From Polyangiaceae bacterium (lineage in GTDB: Bacteria; Myxococcota_A; Polyangia; Polyangiales; Polyangiaceae): a stretch of DNA of 64,000 nt. Positions within the stretch are counted from its first letter, which is position 1, and each line of letters opens with the position of its first letter. The translations under genes and the position numbers were made by a program. The notes under the pieces were generated by a model that saw only the letters and a program-made list of their open reading frames with translations, was not told the origin of the DNA and searched no databases. Below, in pieces: positions 28,838 to 39,147 of the stretch. Location: the NCBI GenBank assembly GCA_044376115.1, contig JBILLK010000008.1:32001-96000 (forward strand), given 5' to 3'.

Positions 28838-30644
28838 GAGCCGTATCGGGCGCGCGCGCGCGCAGCCGCTCGCCCCAAGGATATTGCTTTAAAATCGCCC
28901 AACCACGCGCGCGCGTGACGTCATCGAGTTCACCGCGCTGGGCGCGGCGGAAGGCCGCCGCTAGCTCGTCAGCCGAGGAAAACCGCTCGGAGCGCCGTTT
29001 GGCCAGGCCAATGGCAAGCACCAGCTCCACGTCGATCGGCACGCGGGCAAAGGTGGTGGGGCTGTCTGGCATACGGGTCAGCGCGTCCATCAGCACCTTG
29101 GCGACCTCGTCCCCCATGAACGGCGGCCGGCCGGTGATACAGCGATAAGCAATCGCCGCTAACGCATAGAGATCCGCCTTGTGGTCCACGTCTTTACCGC
29201 GGATTTGCTCAGGCGCCATATAGGAGGGCGTCCCCACCGCTTGGTCCTTGGTGATCTGCTCGGCGCCGTGCAACTTGGAGAGGCCAAAGTCGAGCACCTT
29301 CCAACGGCGTGGCAACGTATCGGTGAGAAAGATGTTGGCCGGCTTTAGATCGCGGTGGACGACGCCGGCGTCTTTCACTGCCGTTAGCGCGCGCGCCGTA
29401 TGCTCAATCAGCTCGCCGACCTGATGCAGCGCTAGCTGCGGGGAGCGCCGCAAATAGAAGGCCAGGTCATGGCCCTCGAGCAGCTCCATAACGATAAAAG
29501 GCACACCGTTCGGCAGTGTTCCCACCTCGAAGATGCGCGCCACATGTTCGCTGGGAACGGCTGAAGTAGCCTGCGCCTCGCGCAGAAAACGCTGGATGTT
29601 GGCCGGGTCCTCGAGCATCGCCGGGTGCAGCAATTTGATCGCTACCAGCGCTTGATTCTGCGTGTCGGTTGCGGCGTACACCTCGCCCATTCCGCCGCGG
29701 CCGAGCACGTCGCCCAGGCGGAACCGACCGATCGCCTGGCCCGAAAGCCGGCCCTCCCCTTGGCGCAGCGCCCGGTCGAGCTCCCCCTTGGCCTCCATCA
29801 ACTGCGCCTCGCGCACACGCAGCTCACGCTCACGTTCACGGGCGCGCTCGAGCGCAGCCTGATTGGCCCGCCGGACGCTGCGCGCCAGATAGAAGATCAT
29901 GCCGAAGATCGCCTGCTGCATGACGACTCGGTAGTAGAGCGACGCAGTATTGAGGCCCGCCGAAGTGAACACGCCTCGGTCCGCAAGCAGTCCGGTGGCG
30001 ATCGCCAACGTGACCACGAAGTAGAGCCCAGCGGTTGCGGCGTAGGAGGCCCGCGCAATCACGCGACTCTCACTCGAACCAAAGAAGTAAATACCGACCG
30101 CGAGGATGGTGGCCGAGGCCGAGAAGATACCGAGATAGTAGATGATGGCGATGGCGAAGAGCGAGAGCAGCACTGCGCTGGCAGCGGTCACCTGAATGTT
30201 TGCGCGCGTACGCTGACCGGAACCGGCGACCACCATGAACACACAGACGCAGGCCGCAAAGAAGCAGCCGATCGCCGTTTGAATGCGCAACCAGGCTGCA
30301 CCGGGCAGGATCGGCAGCGCCATCAGCACGAGCACCGTGACACCGAGCATCAGCCGATAAAACACCCGTGCCCGCTGCAGCTCGGCGTCGCGCAAAATGT
30401 TCTCGACCGCCTTCGGCTCCTCCACGGCGGGAGGCACAGCAGCCGCTGCGCCCGGCACCGCGAGCGGCGTCCCGATCGCCGTATTTCGACGCGCCAAAAC
30501 CTCATGCGGCGACGGGGTTGGCGGCACCGAGGCGAGCGGCGCCCGCACCGCCGGCTCACCGTCGGCCGGAGCCGGCGCGACGCCGCTTTGCGGATTGGCT
30601 GTGGGGAATGCGCCGCGTTCGGCGCGCCATCCACGCTCAGTCAT
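28821..30644 (-). CDS. Membrane Ser/Thr protein kinase
   Basis: N-terminal transmembrane helices; GRGGMGEVY, VAIK, HRDLKPAN, DFG, GTPSYMAPE. Confidence 0.95.
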   Translation of the reverse strand: MTERGWRAERGAFPTANPQSGVAPAPADGEPAVRAPLASVPPTPSPHEVLARRNTAIGTPLAVPGAAAAVPPAVEEPKAVENILRDAELQRARVFYRLMLGVTVLVLMALPILPGAAWLRIQTAIGCFFAACVCVFMVVAGSGQRTRANIQVTAASAVLLSLFAIAIIYYLGIFSASATILAVGIYFFGSSESRVIARASYAATAGLYFVVTLAIATGLLADRGVFTSAGLNTASLYYRVVMQQAIFGMIFYLARSVRRANQAALERARERERELRVREAQLMEAKGELDRALRQGEGRLSGQAIGRFRLGDVLGRGGMGEVYAATDTQNQALVAIKLLHPAMLEDPANIQRFLREAQATSAVPSEHVARIFEVGTLPNGVPFIVMELLEGHDLAFYLRRSPQLALHQVGELIEHTARALTAVKDAGVVHRDLKPANIFLTDTLPRRWKVLDFGLSKLHGAEQITKDQAVGTPSYMAPEQIRGKDVDHKADLYALAAIAYRCITGRPPFMGDEVAKVLMDALTRMPDSPTTFARVPIDVELVLAIGLAKRRSERFSSADELAAAFRRAQRGELDDVTRARGWAILKQYPWGERLRARAPDTARVRPA

Positions 30645-30725
30645 GTTGCTCCAGCAAAGGGCGCATCCTCACAAGAGGAGCAGGATACGCCAGCGGAGCC
30701 GCTACGCGAAGTGGGCCTGCGGTGG

Positions 30726-32501
30726 TCAGGCGTACAACGCCGCGATCTCGGCCTTGTAGGCCTCTACCGCCACGCGTCGCTTGAGCTTCATACTCGGCGT
30801 CAGCATGCCGTTTTCAACGGTGAAGTCCTCGGGCACGAGGGCGATCTTCTTCACCTCCTCAAAACCTTTGAACTCCTCGGTGAACTTGGCAACCTCGGCC
30901 TCCAGCAGGCTCTTGACCTTGGCGTTCTTGATCAGCTTGGCGTCCTCCGACTCGTCGATGCCCTCGTTCTTGGCCCACTCCTTGAGGTTCGCAAAGTCGG
31001 GTGCGATGAGCGCGATGTTGAATAGCTGGTTGTCCCCGTAGACCATGCAGTTGGCGATGAACGGGGACAGCTTGAGCTTCTCCTCGAGCGGAGCCGGAGC
31101 CACGTACTTGCCGTTCTGTAGCTTGTAGAGCTCCTTCAAACGGCCAGTGATGAACAGGAAGCCCTCGCTATCGACGAAGCCGAGGTCGCCTGTGCGGAAG
31201 CCGCCCTGATCATTGAAGACCGCTTTGGTCTCGTCATCGCGGTTGAAGTAGCCCTGCATGACGTTGGGGCCGTAGACCACAATCTCGCCATCCTTCGCGT
31301 CGGCCGAGGTCTGCGTCTTGTCGATCTCGACGCGCACGTCGGTAATCGCCTTACCGACACTGCCAATCTTGTGGGCGCCGGGGCGGTTGGCTGTGGTGAT
31401 CGGGCTGGTCTCGGTGAGGCCGTACCCTTCATACACCGTAATCCCGAGGCCATCGATGAACTCGGCCACGTCCTTGGAGAGCGCAGCGCCGCCGGAAAAG
31501 GCGTACTTGAGCCGCCCGCCGAACTTCGCCACGATCTTGGAGAAGACCAGCGACTTGGCTAGCGGGTGCGCGATCGACTCGCCGAGCGACGGGCTCTCGC
31601 CCTTGCGCCGCTTGGCCGCAGCGCGCAGCCCGGCGCGGAACAGGCTTTGAATCATCGCCGGCTTAGCAGCCATCTGCTTGTTCACACCGTCATAGATGCG
31701 ATTGAAGATGCGCGGCACGCTGAAGAGCAACGTGGGTGAGACCTCCGCGAGGTTGGCGATGATCTTATCCACCGCCTCAGCCAAGGCGATGCTGGCGCCC
31801 TTGGACAACATCACGTGCAGCTCGCAGGTGTAGCCGAAGGAGTGCGCCCACGGCAGGAAGGAGAGGCTGCGATCATCGGTGCTGATCGGCAACATGCTCT
31901 GCACGGCGTTGATGTTCGAGATGATGTTGGAGTGCGAGAGGATCACGCCCTTTGGGTTGCCGGTGGTGCCCGAGGTGTAGATCAAACAGGCGATGTCCTT
32001 CGGCTCAGGGTCGATCGCGGCGACCGGCGACTCTGCCCCCTTCTTCATCAGCGCGGCGAAGGAGAGCGGCTCACTCGCGGGCAGCTCCATGCCGATCACG
32101 TGTTTGATCGAAGGGACCTTGGCGGGCAGCGCCTTCACCTTTTCATAGACTTTGGCCGAGCCGGCGACGATGGCGACCGCGGCGCAGTCATTGGTAATGA
32201 ACTCCCACTCTTTGGAAGCTTGGGCCTCGTACATCGGCACCAGCGCCGCGCCGAGCCCGTTACAGGCGTAGGAGAGGATGGCCCACTCCTCGCGGTTATT
32301 GGCGACCACAGCCACTTTGTCCCCGCGCCCAATCCCGAGTGAAGCCAAGCCGGCCCGTAGCTGCTCAACCTTCTCACCGATCTGCGCAAACGTGGACCAC
32401 TCCCAGTTACCGTCGCGCTTGGTGCCGAAGAGCTCGTGAGGACCGAAGGCCTTCACGGACTTCTCGAACATATCGACGAGATTCTTGAACTGCTCCGCCA
32501 T
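30726..32501 (-). CDS. Long-chain fatty acid-CoA ligase
   Basis: IYTSGTTGNPKGV, YEGYGLTE, TGDLG; SD GGAG before ATG 32501. Confidence 0.93.
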   Translation of the reverse strand: MAEQFKNLVDMFEKSVKAFGPHELFGTKRDGNWEWSTFAQIGEKVEQLRAGLASLGIGRGDKVAVVANNREEWAILSYACNGLGAALVPMYEAQASKEWEFITNDCAAVAIVAGSAKVYEKVKALPAKVPSIKHVIGMELPASEPLSFAALMKKGAESPVAAIDPEPKDIACLIYTSGTTGNPKGVILSHSNIISNINAVQSMLPISTDDRSLSFLPWAHSFGYTCELHVMLSKGASIALAEAVDKIIANLAEVSPTLLFSVPRIFNRIYDGVNKQMAAKPAMIQSLFRAGLRAAAKRRKGESPSLGESIAHPLAKSLVFSKIVAKFGGRLKYAFSGGAALSKDVAEFIDGLGITVYEGYGLTETSPITTANRPGAHKIGSVGKAITDVRVEIDKTQTSADAKDGEIVVYGPNVMQGYFNRDDETKAVFNDQGGFRTGDLGFVDSEGFLFITGRLKELYKLQNGKYVAPAPLEEKLKLSPFIANCMVYGDNQLFNIALIAPDFANLKEWAKNEGIDESEDAKLIKNAKVKSLLEAEVAKFTEEFKGFEEVKKIALVPEDFTVENGMLTPSMKLKRRVAVEAYKAEIAALYA

Positions 32502-32650
32502 TTTCATCTCCACTGAGGCTCGACAAGACGCCGCACCCCGACGCGGCGAGACGCTAGAAGCGGACCCTGGGGTCGTCAACGCCGGATTGGCCGCTGCAAG
32601 GCTGCGCCGATTTGGACGTCGGTGAATCTCAAAACTTCTAGGCTGTCTCG

Positions 32651-35557
32651 GTGTCGAAGCATGCCATGGCGTTCGTCGCGACCCGTTTTTCCCGCGTTCT
32701 ACTGCTTCTAGCCTTTGGTTGCGGCCCAGCGCCGCTGCCTCCGGTGGAGACGCAGGCTCTAGTGGTACCACCGCCAACACCGAAGCCTTGGCCGCTGGTC
32801 CCTCAAGCCGCTGAGCTACCGAGCCTGCGTTTCGTCGATGGCGGCGCCCCGAATGGCGGAGTGCGCGGCAAAGACCTCGGTAGCGTGAACCTCGGCGCCG
32901 TGACGGCGGGGGAGCTCACGGTCTCGGGCCCGGTGGCCTGGTTGGAGACCACCGTCGTGCTTCAGGGCCGCAAAGCCTCACAAGCGATTGGTCAATTGGA
33001 ACTCGTACTTCCGTTCACCACCTTCGCCAACGAAGCGACGTTTGGCGGCGGGCCAGGAGAGCCGCTGCGCGAGCAGAGCCTGCGAACCAGCGACCGCGGC
33101 CGCACCTTCCGCACCGCGCCGATCACGCTCGAGGCGGGGCAAACGCATACGGTCACCCTGCGGCACGCGTTCCTACTCGACGTGGCGGACAAGACGCTGG
33201 CGCTGCCTTTCCTGGGCGAAACCTCGCCTCAAGCTCCCGCCTTGCAAACGGCGCGCAGCTCGCTTGGCGCCTTCGAACTTGAACGACTGCCCGCCCCCGA
33301 GCGGCTTCCTTTCGACCCGGCGCGCGTCGACAGCAAGATCAGCGGGGCCATCCTCCTGCTCGATCTGAGCGCGGTGCGCGCGCGCGATATGGCGCTGCAG
33401 CTCCGCACCTTGAAGGGCATCGCCGATAAGCTCGGGCGTGAACATTTGATCGTGGCCGCTTGTGATGAGCAGGTGAGCGTGCTGTTCGATGGTGCTGCCG
33501 ATCAGCTGAACGGTGAGGCCGCCGAGGCGCTGCTCGCGCGAGGCACCCTCGGTCGTTCGAACACGCCAAAGGCCCTGCGCTTTGCCTTGGAGCACCCTGC
33601 TCGGGACGCCTCGCGGGTGATGCTCGTAACCGACGGCAACGACGCCTTTCCGTTCGGCTCAGTCGCCCTGGCGAACCCGATGAAACGCTCGGTTACGCTG
33701 TTTGTACCGCCCGGCCGCAGCAATCTGCGCGAGCTCGACGCGCTCACGAATGGCCTAACGGATAGCACAGTAAAAGCCGTACCGCTGACCTCAGCAAGCG
33801 AAGAAGAGACCCTAGCGTATGCGCTTTATGAGCGCCGAATGAGCGAGCAAACCTCGGTGCTGTGGCCGTTCCAGACCAGCGGCGGCGTCGCAGTCGCGAG
33901 CCCGGTGCTGGTGAGTCGAAAGGCGCAAACCGCAGCGACGACCTCTCCCGAAGGGCCTGCACAAGCGCCGGCATTCATCCTTCGCGCCCTCGCAGACGCC
34001 CAACCCAACGTCGACCTCAATGCGCGCTTCGCGAGCTTGAAGCTGCTCGAGCAGAAACGGCCTTTTCCCACCTCGGAAGAGCTGCGCCCAATCGTCGATC
34101 CGATGGCGGGATTGCCGCCAGATGCAGCCCCAACAGCCCCCGCACAGGCCACCCCCAAGGTCATTGAAAAGCCTGCGATCCCTGCAACCAAAGAGCCCCC
34201 CAAAGAAGAGCTGCCTACCGTCGAGGGCGAAGACGAGGGCCCCGCGCGGATTCCCCCGGAGACCATTCAGTGGATCGTGCGCAAGAACTTCGGTCGGTTT
34301 CGAGGCTGCTATCGCGATTCTTTACGTCGTAATCCCAAAGCGGGTGGTCGGCTGTTGATTCGCTTCGACATCGACCCTCAAGGCGCCGTACCGCTCGCGC
34401 GTGCCATCTCGGCCAACGTCGGCGATTTCGAGCTCGTCGCTTGTGTGGTGCGCTCCTTTGAGTCGCTGAGCTTCCCTGCGTTGGCCAACGGCGCCACCGT
34501 GGAATACCCCCTGGTGTTGGCTGCCTCCAAAGACGGCGCGGAGCCAGAGGCCGCACGCGCGATCAAGCCGCGCACCTTGGTGCCCGAACTCGAGCCCGGC
34601 ATGGTGATGCTCGAGCCTTGGCAGAACGCGGTGAAGGAGGTTCATGAGGCCACCGATCGAGGGGACCACGCTGCAGCGATCAGTCGAGCCCGCGCGCTGC
34701 TCGCGAGCGACCCAGCCGACCCGATGGGCTACGTGCTCGTCGGCGATGCCTGCGCCAAGGCCGGAGACGCGAGCTGTGCGGAGCGCGCCTATGCTTCGCT
34801 CACCGAGCTGGACGGCGCATCCTTGCCGCTCCAGGTCGCGCTGCGGCTCATCTCTCTGCGTACGACGGCTGGAATCGCGCTGGCCAAGCAGTTGGTGCAG
34901 GCCGAGGCCGAACGCCCTGAGCCGAGCCCCGAGGCGCTACGCCTGTTCGCGCTATTGACTGCTGCCGAAGGCGATGTGCTCACCGCGCTCACGCTAATCG
35001 ACAATGTGCTGGCTCGCCCCCTCGACGCGACGAAGTACCCGGGTATCCGCGATCTACTGCGCAGTGACCTAAGCGTGCTTACCGCGATGGCCATCACGGC
35101 GCACCCGGAGAATCGGCTCTCGCTGCGCTCGTGGGCCGCTGACGTAGGCGTGGTCCCGAGTGAACGCGCCGTTACTACGCTATCCGCGAGTTGGTACGGC
35201 AGCAGCGATATGGACCTCTCGGTGCGCGACATCGGCTTCAATGGCGCCAACAAGAACGCCCCCGCGCTCGCCAGCGGTGGTCGCATCCTGGCCGACGTCA
35301 CCGCCAGTCAAGGGCCGGAGGCCTTCGTGGTCGAGAACCCCGAGTCCCACCCCTACTCGATCGGCGTAAAAGCCAAGCTAGCGCGCAGCTTCGGCTTCGG
35401 CAGCGTGCTCGTGCTCGAGCATGACGGCGCGGCGACCTTGCGGCTTCACGCGCATCCCTTCGATATCAACGTGGACGGAGGCTCCGCCGACGTCCTGCGG
35501 CTCGTCGAGCCCATCTGCAAAAAGACCCCCTGCGCACCCGCCGCCAAAAAGCCCTAA
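32651..35557 (+). CDS. Multidomain lipoprotein: vWA-like, AgmX/PglI C-terminal-like, TPR and YfaP-like domains
   Basis: LAFGC lipobox; LLLDLS/LVTDG; VRKNFGRFRGCY...CVVRSF; DMDLSV...GGRILADVT...GPEAF. Confidence 0.7.
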   Translation: MSKHAMAFVATRFSRVLLLLAFGCGPAPLPPVETQALVVPPPTPKPWPLVPQAAELPSLRFVDGGAPNGGVRGKDLGSVNLGAVTAGELTVSGPVAWLETTVVLQGRKASQAIGQLELVLPFTTFANEATFGGGPGEPLREQSLRTSDRGRTFRTAPITLEAGQTHTVTLRHAFLLDVADKTLALPFLGETSPQAPALQTARSSLGAFELERLPAPERLPFDPARVDSKISGAILLLDLSAVRARDMALQLRTLKGIADKLGREHLIVAACDEQVSVLFDGAADQLNGEAAEALLARGTLGRSNTPKALRFALEHPARDASRVMLVTDGNDAFPFGSVALANPMKRSVTLFVPPGRSNLRELDALTNGLTDSTVKAVPLTSASEEETLAYALYERRMSEQTSVLWPFQTSGGVAVASPVLVSRKAQTAATTSPEGPAQAPAFILRALADAQPNVDLNARFASLKLLEQKRPFPTSEELRPIVDPMAGLPPDAAPTAPAQATPKVIEKPAIPATKEPPKEELPTVEGEDEGPARIPPETIQWIVRKNFGRFRGCYRDSLRRNPKAGGRLLIRFDIDPQGAVPLARAISANVGDFELVACVVRSFESLSFPALANGATVEYPLVLAASKDGAEPEAARAIKPRTLVPELEPGMVMLEPWQNAVKEVHEATDRGDHAAAISRARALLASDPADPMGYVLVGDACAKAGDASCAERAYASLTELDGASLPLQVALRLISLRTTAGIALAKQLVQAEAERPEPSPEALRLFALLTAAEGDVLTALTLIDNVLARPLDATKYPGIRDLLRSDLSVLTAMAITAHPENRLSLRSWAADVGVVPSERAVTTLSASWYGSSDMDLSVRDIGFNGANKNAPALASGGRILADVTASQGPEAFVVENPESHPYSIGVKAKLARSFGFGSVLVLEHDGAATLRLHAHPFDINVDGGSADVLRLVEPICKKTPCAPAAKKP

Positions 35558-35613
35558 GCCGATTGCCGTTGCAGCGAGCCGATGAAGCCACCATCGTCGG
35601 CACGAGTCTCGTC

Positions 35614-37098
35614 ATGAAGTCCTACAGAATTGCCACGTTCGGCTGCCAGATGAACGTCCACGACTCGGACCGTATGCATGAGGTCATGCAGGGAGCGGGC
35701 TTTTCCGAGGTTGAATCGGAAGAAGGTGCCGACGTCATCATCCTCAACACCTGCAGCGTGCGCGAGAAAGCCGAGCAGAAGCTGCGCAGCGAGCTCGGCA
35801 AACTGCGCCAAGGCAAAGCGGGTCACCCCGGCCGCGTGTTGGTCGTCGCTGGCTGCGTCGCGCAACAAGAGGGTGAGAAGCTGCTCTCCCGCGGGCTCGG
35901 TGTGGATCTTGTGATCGGGCCGGACAACATCCGCGAGCTGCCGCTCTTGCTGCATGATCTGGCCTCGGGCGGCTTGCCCACCGTGCGCACGGTCTTTGAC
36001 CTGGATGCGCCGCAGTTCCTTACCTCCTACGGCGCCCCCAGCGCGCCTGCGCCGAGTGAGCGCCCGGCCGCCGTATCCACCTTCGTCACCACCATGAAGG
36101 GCTGCAACGAGCGTTGCACCTTCTGCATCGTGCCCACCACCCGCGGCCCCGAACGGTACCGCCCGAGCAGTGAGATCCTAGAAGAGGTACGCGGGCTCGC
36201 CGAGCGCGGCACCCGTGAAGTGACGTTGCTCGGCCAGACGGTCAACAGCTACACCGATCCACTCGGCGCGATGGAGAAGCCGAGCGGCGCCGATCCGGAT
36301 GAGAGCGAGTTTGCAGCCTTGTTGCGCGCCGTTTCAAAAGCGGCTCCCACGCTGCGGCTGCGTTACACCTCGCCGCACCCCCGCCACCTAACGCCCTCGC
36401 TGATCGCCGCGCACGCAGAGCTGCCTGGCCTTTGTCGCCACGTGCACCTGCCGGTGCAATCCGGCTCCGATCGCGTGCTCAAGCGCATGTTGCGGCGCTA
36501 CACCCGGGCCGAATTCGAGGCACGCGTGGCGTCGCTCAAGGCGGCGATGAAGAGCCAAGACGGTACGCCCGGCGTCACGCTCTCGACCGACATCATCGTC
36601 GGCTTTCCCGGCGAGACCGACGAAGACTTCGAGCAGACCCTCTCGCTGATCGAAGCGGTGGGTTTCGTCGGCGTGTTCGCCTTCAAGTACTCGGAGCGCC
36701 CGTTCACACCGGCCCTCAAGCTCAAGAACGACGTCTCCGAGGAGGAGAAGAGCCGCAGGTTGGCTCGCCTGTTTGCGCTCTCCGAGGGGCTCACCGCCAA
36801 GCATCTAAGCACCTTGGTCGGTAGCGAGCTGGAGGTCTTGATCGAAGGCCGAGCGAAGAAGCCGCAGGCCGGCGCCGAGGCCACCTTCAGCGGGCGCAGC
36901 TTCCGCAATGAGATCGTCCACCTGCAAGATGACCGCGCCGAGCCGTTGGTCGGAGAGGTCGTACGCGTCCGCGTGGAGCGCTCGTTCAAGCACTCGGTGC
37001 TGGCCTCCCTCACGCCGGAGGCTGTCGCCCAGGCAGGGCGCAGCGCGCCGAAAGAGCGCGGGGCTCGGCGCCTGCCGATGCTCAGCACCGCCGACTAA
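35614..37098 (+). CDS. miaB: tRNA methylthiotransferase MiaB
   Basis: TFGCQMNVHDS, NTCSVREKAE, GCNERCTFC radical SAM motif, TRAM domain. Confidence 0.96.
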   Translation: MKSYRIATFGCQMNVHDSDRMHEVMQGAGFSEVESEEGADVIILNTCSVREKAEQKLRSELGKLRQGKAGHPGRVLVVAGCVAQQEGEKLLSRGLGVDLVIGPDNIRELPLLLHDLASGGLPTVRTVFDLDAPQFLTSYGAPSAPAPSERPAAVSTFVTTMKGCNERCTFCIVPTTRGPERYRPSSEILEEVRGLAERGTREVTLLGQTVNSYTDPLGAMEKPSGADPDESEFAALLRAVSKAAPTLRLRYTSPHPRHLTPSLIAAHAELPGLCRHVHLPVQSGSDRVLKRMLRRYTRAEFEARVASLKAAMKSQDGTPGVTLSTDIIVGFPGETDEDFEQTLSLIEAVGFVGVFAFKYSERPFTPALKLKNDVSEEEKSRRLARLFALSEGLTAKHLSTLVGSELEVLIEGRAKKPQAGAEATFSGRSFRNEIVHLQDDRAEPLVGEVVRVRVERSFKHSVLASLTPEAVAQAGRSAPKERGARRLPMLSTAD

Positions 37099-37101
37099 GG
37101 C

Positions 37102-38655
37102 TCAGCTTCGTTCAAAGCGAAAGCTCGCATCCCCGACGTCGACCAGATCGCCGAAGCGAAGCTGGCAGGAGGTGATCGCAGCGCCGTTCACCCGTGTACC
37201 GTTGGTCGATCCGAGGTCCTCGAGTACGAAGGCCCCGTTGAGGAAACGAATGCGTGCGTGCGCGCGGCTGAGCGAGGAATGCTGGATAGGCGCGTCACAC
37301 AAGCTTGAACGCCCGATCACGCCCTCTCCGCGCAGCTCGAAGCGAAGGCCCTGGCTGATACCGCCAAGCCCAACCAGCGCCGCACCCAGCGGAATACCCC
37401 TCACGCCGGTCGCAGAGGATACCTGCGTTGCGCCTTTGAACTGCACCGAGGCCTTGCGCTGATGCGTCCGCTCGAGATCGCTCGAGCGGCGCTCATAACT
37501 GGCGATCTCATCGATCAATTGCTCACGTAGTTCCGCCAGCGGAGAGCCATCATTGGCAGCTGCCCCTGCGAGCCCCTCGACGCGCACGAGCACCGCCCGC
37601 AACAGCGCTGCAGCGCCCGGCATCGAACCGCGGTCCGCCTCGGCGCGCGCTCGCACACGGGCGAAATCGGCCTGCACCAGCAGGATCGCCTGTTGCGCCG
37701 CAGCGTCCACCACCCGCGTGCCAGCTCGCACGTCCACGCACAGCTCGGCCGTGGCAGTGCTGCGATCGCCGTTGCGACCACGCCCGCTGACGACGACCGA
37801 AAGGAGGCGGCCCACGTTCTCGGACTCCAGCTTGAGCGCAAGCTCGAGCGCAAACGGCCTTTCTTGATCGACGAACACGTCACCTACATTGAACGAAAGG
37901 CCGCCCGCTCCCACCTTCAGCGGCGCATTTGGCAGCAACTGCACGACCTCTACCCCCGGCTCGAGCTTGAGCGAGAGCTGTAGCTGGTCCGCTACCACGC
38001 CGCCGTGAGCCAGCGCCGCACGCGCAACCTCGACCCGCGCGCTGGCCGGGTCCGGGATATAGGCATAGCGTCCCGAACCGGCCGTCGCGATCGCATCCAA
38101 TACGTTCTCGTCGTGATGCAGGCCAAAGCCCAAGGTGGATACCCCGACACCAAGCGTCGCGGTGTAGTCGGCCAGCTGCTGTGCCGAGGTCAAGCCCACG
38201 TTGGGCTGCCCATCACTCATCACCACCATTACGCGACGCAAACCCTCGGGGGCCTCTTTCAGCACGGCCGCAGCCACCCCCATACCTGATTGCAGATTTG
38301 TATTTCCGTGGGCCTCCACCGATTGCAACAGCGAACGCAGCCGCGCCCTGGCATCTCCATTCACGTTCACAAGCCCACTCAGCAGCGCCGCCTGCGTTGA
38401 GAAGGTGATCACCGCCAGCTGGTCCTGTTCGTTCAAAAGTTCGGCCAACATCGCCGTACTCGACAGCACATGCTCCAGCGGAGAGCCCTTCATCGAGCCA
38501 GAGCAATCCACCACCAGCGCCACAGCGAGGGGCGCCCGCGTGGCCTCGAGTGCGGCCCCCCGAGCCTTCACCGCAAGCGACACCCAAAGCGATTGCGCAC
38601 CCGGCTCGACATTGCGATGTTCACTCGCCAGCGCGACAACGAAGGGTGCTTCCAT
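37102..38655 (-). CDS. vWA plus FHA domain protein
   Basis: DCSGSM, TNL, SDGQPN MIDAS; IGRS...SRAHA...DLGSTNGT. Confidence 0.9.
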   Translation of the reverse strand: MEAPFVVALASEHRNVEPGAQSLWVSLAVKARGAALEATRAPLAVALVVDCSGSMKGSPLEHVLSSTAMLAELLNEQDQLAVITFSTQAALLSGLVNVNGDARARLRSLLQSVEAHGNTNLQSGMGVAAAVLKEAPEGLRRVMVVMSDGQPNVGLTSAQQLADYTATLGVGVSTLGFGLHHDENVLDAIATAGSGRYAYIPDPASARVEVARAALAHGGVVADQLQLSLKLEPGVEVVQLLPNAPLKVGAGGLSFNVGDVFVDQERPFALELALKLESENVGRLLSVVVSGRGRNGDRSTATAELCVDVRAGTRVVDAAAQQAILLVQADFARVRARAEADRGSMPGAAALLRAVLVRVEGLAGAAANDGSPLAELREQLIDEIASYERRSSDLERTHQRKASVQFKGATQVSSATGVRGIPLGAALVGLGGISQGLRFELRGEGVIGRSSLCDAPIQHSSLSRAHARIRFLNGAFVLEDLGSTNGTRVNGAAITSCQLRFGDLVDVGDASFRFERS

Positions 38656-38793
38656 TCCTTCAAGCTAGCGCGATGCCGCGCTGAAGCTAGGGCAACGGCC
38701 TCGAGCCGATCGATTGGCTGCAGGGCAGGCAGCCCTCGTAACATTGCTCATTGCCTGCCGGCTGAGGATGGCTCCCAATGACGGTGGGCCGCG

Positions 38794-39147
38794 ATGAGCA
38801 AGAAGACTGTTCCACCTGTGTCGATCCCGGCGCTGCCCAAAGGCCTGCGCGGCAAGAGCTTCACAGTAGGCGGCGAAGAGTACGCGGTGCTCATACTGCC
38901 GAATGACGACAGCGAGCTGAAACCGACAAGCCTTACGCCGGCCGAACACGAAGTTACAAAGCTAGTTCTTCAAGGCTATTCCAATACAGAGATCGCGGCC
39001 CTGAGGAGAGCCAGTGCCCGCACCGTCGCCAATCAGCTCCAAAGCGCGTACCGCAAACTGGGTATTGGCTCGAGGCACGAGCTAGCGAGCGTAGCGCCTC
39101 ATTTGCCCGCCACGGCGGGTCGAGCGGAGAAGAGCCGCAACAGCTGA
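38794..39147 (+). CDS. Small LuxR-type HTH regulator
   Basis: LTPAEHEV...GYSNTEIA...TVANQL...KLG. Confidence 0.85.
   Translation: MSKKTVPPVSIPALPKGLRGKSFTVGGEEYAVLILPNDDSELKPTSLTPAEHEVTKLVLQGYSNTEIAALRRASARTVANQLQSAYRKLGIGSRHELASVAPHLPATAGRAEKSRNS

Noticed and set aside
29625..31025. 466-aa + strand ORF and similar long antisense ORFs (8484-9500, 11246-12304)
   Set aside because: Opposite well-supported genes and without recognisable motifs.
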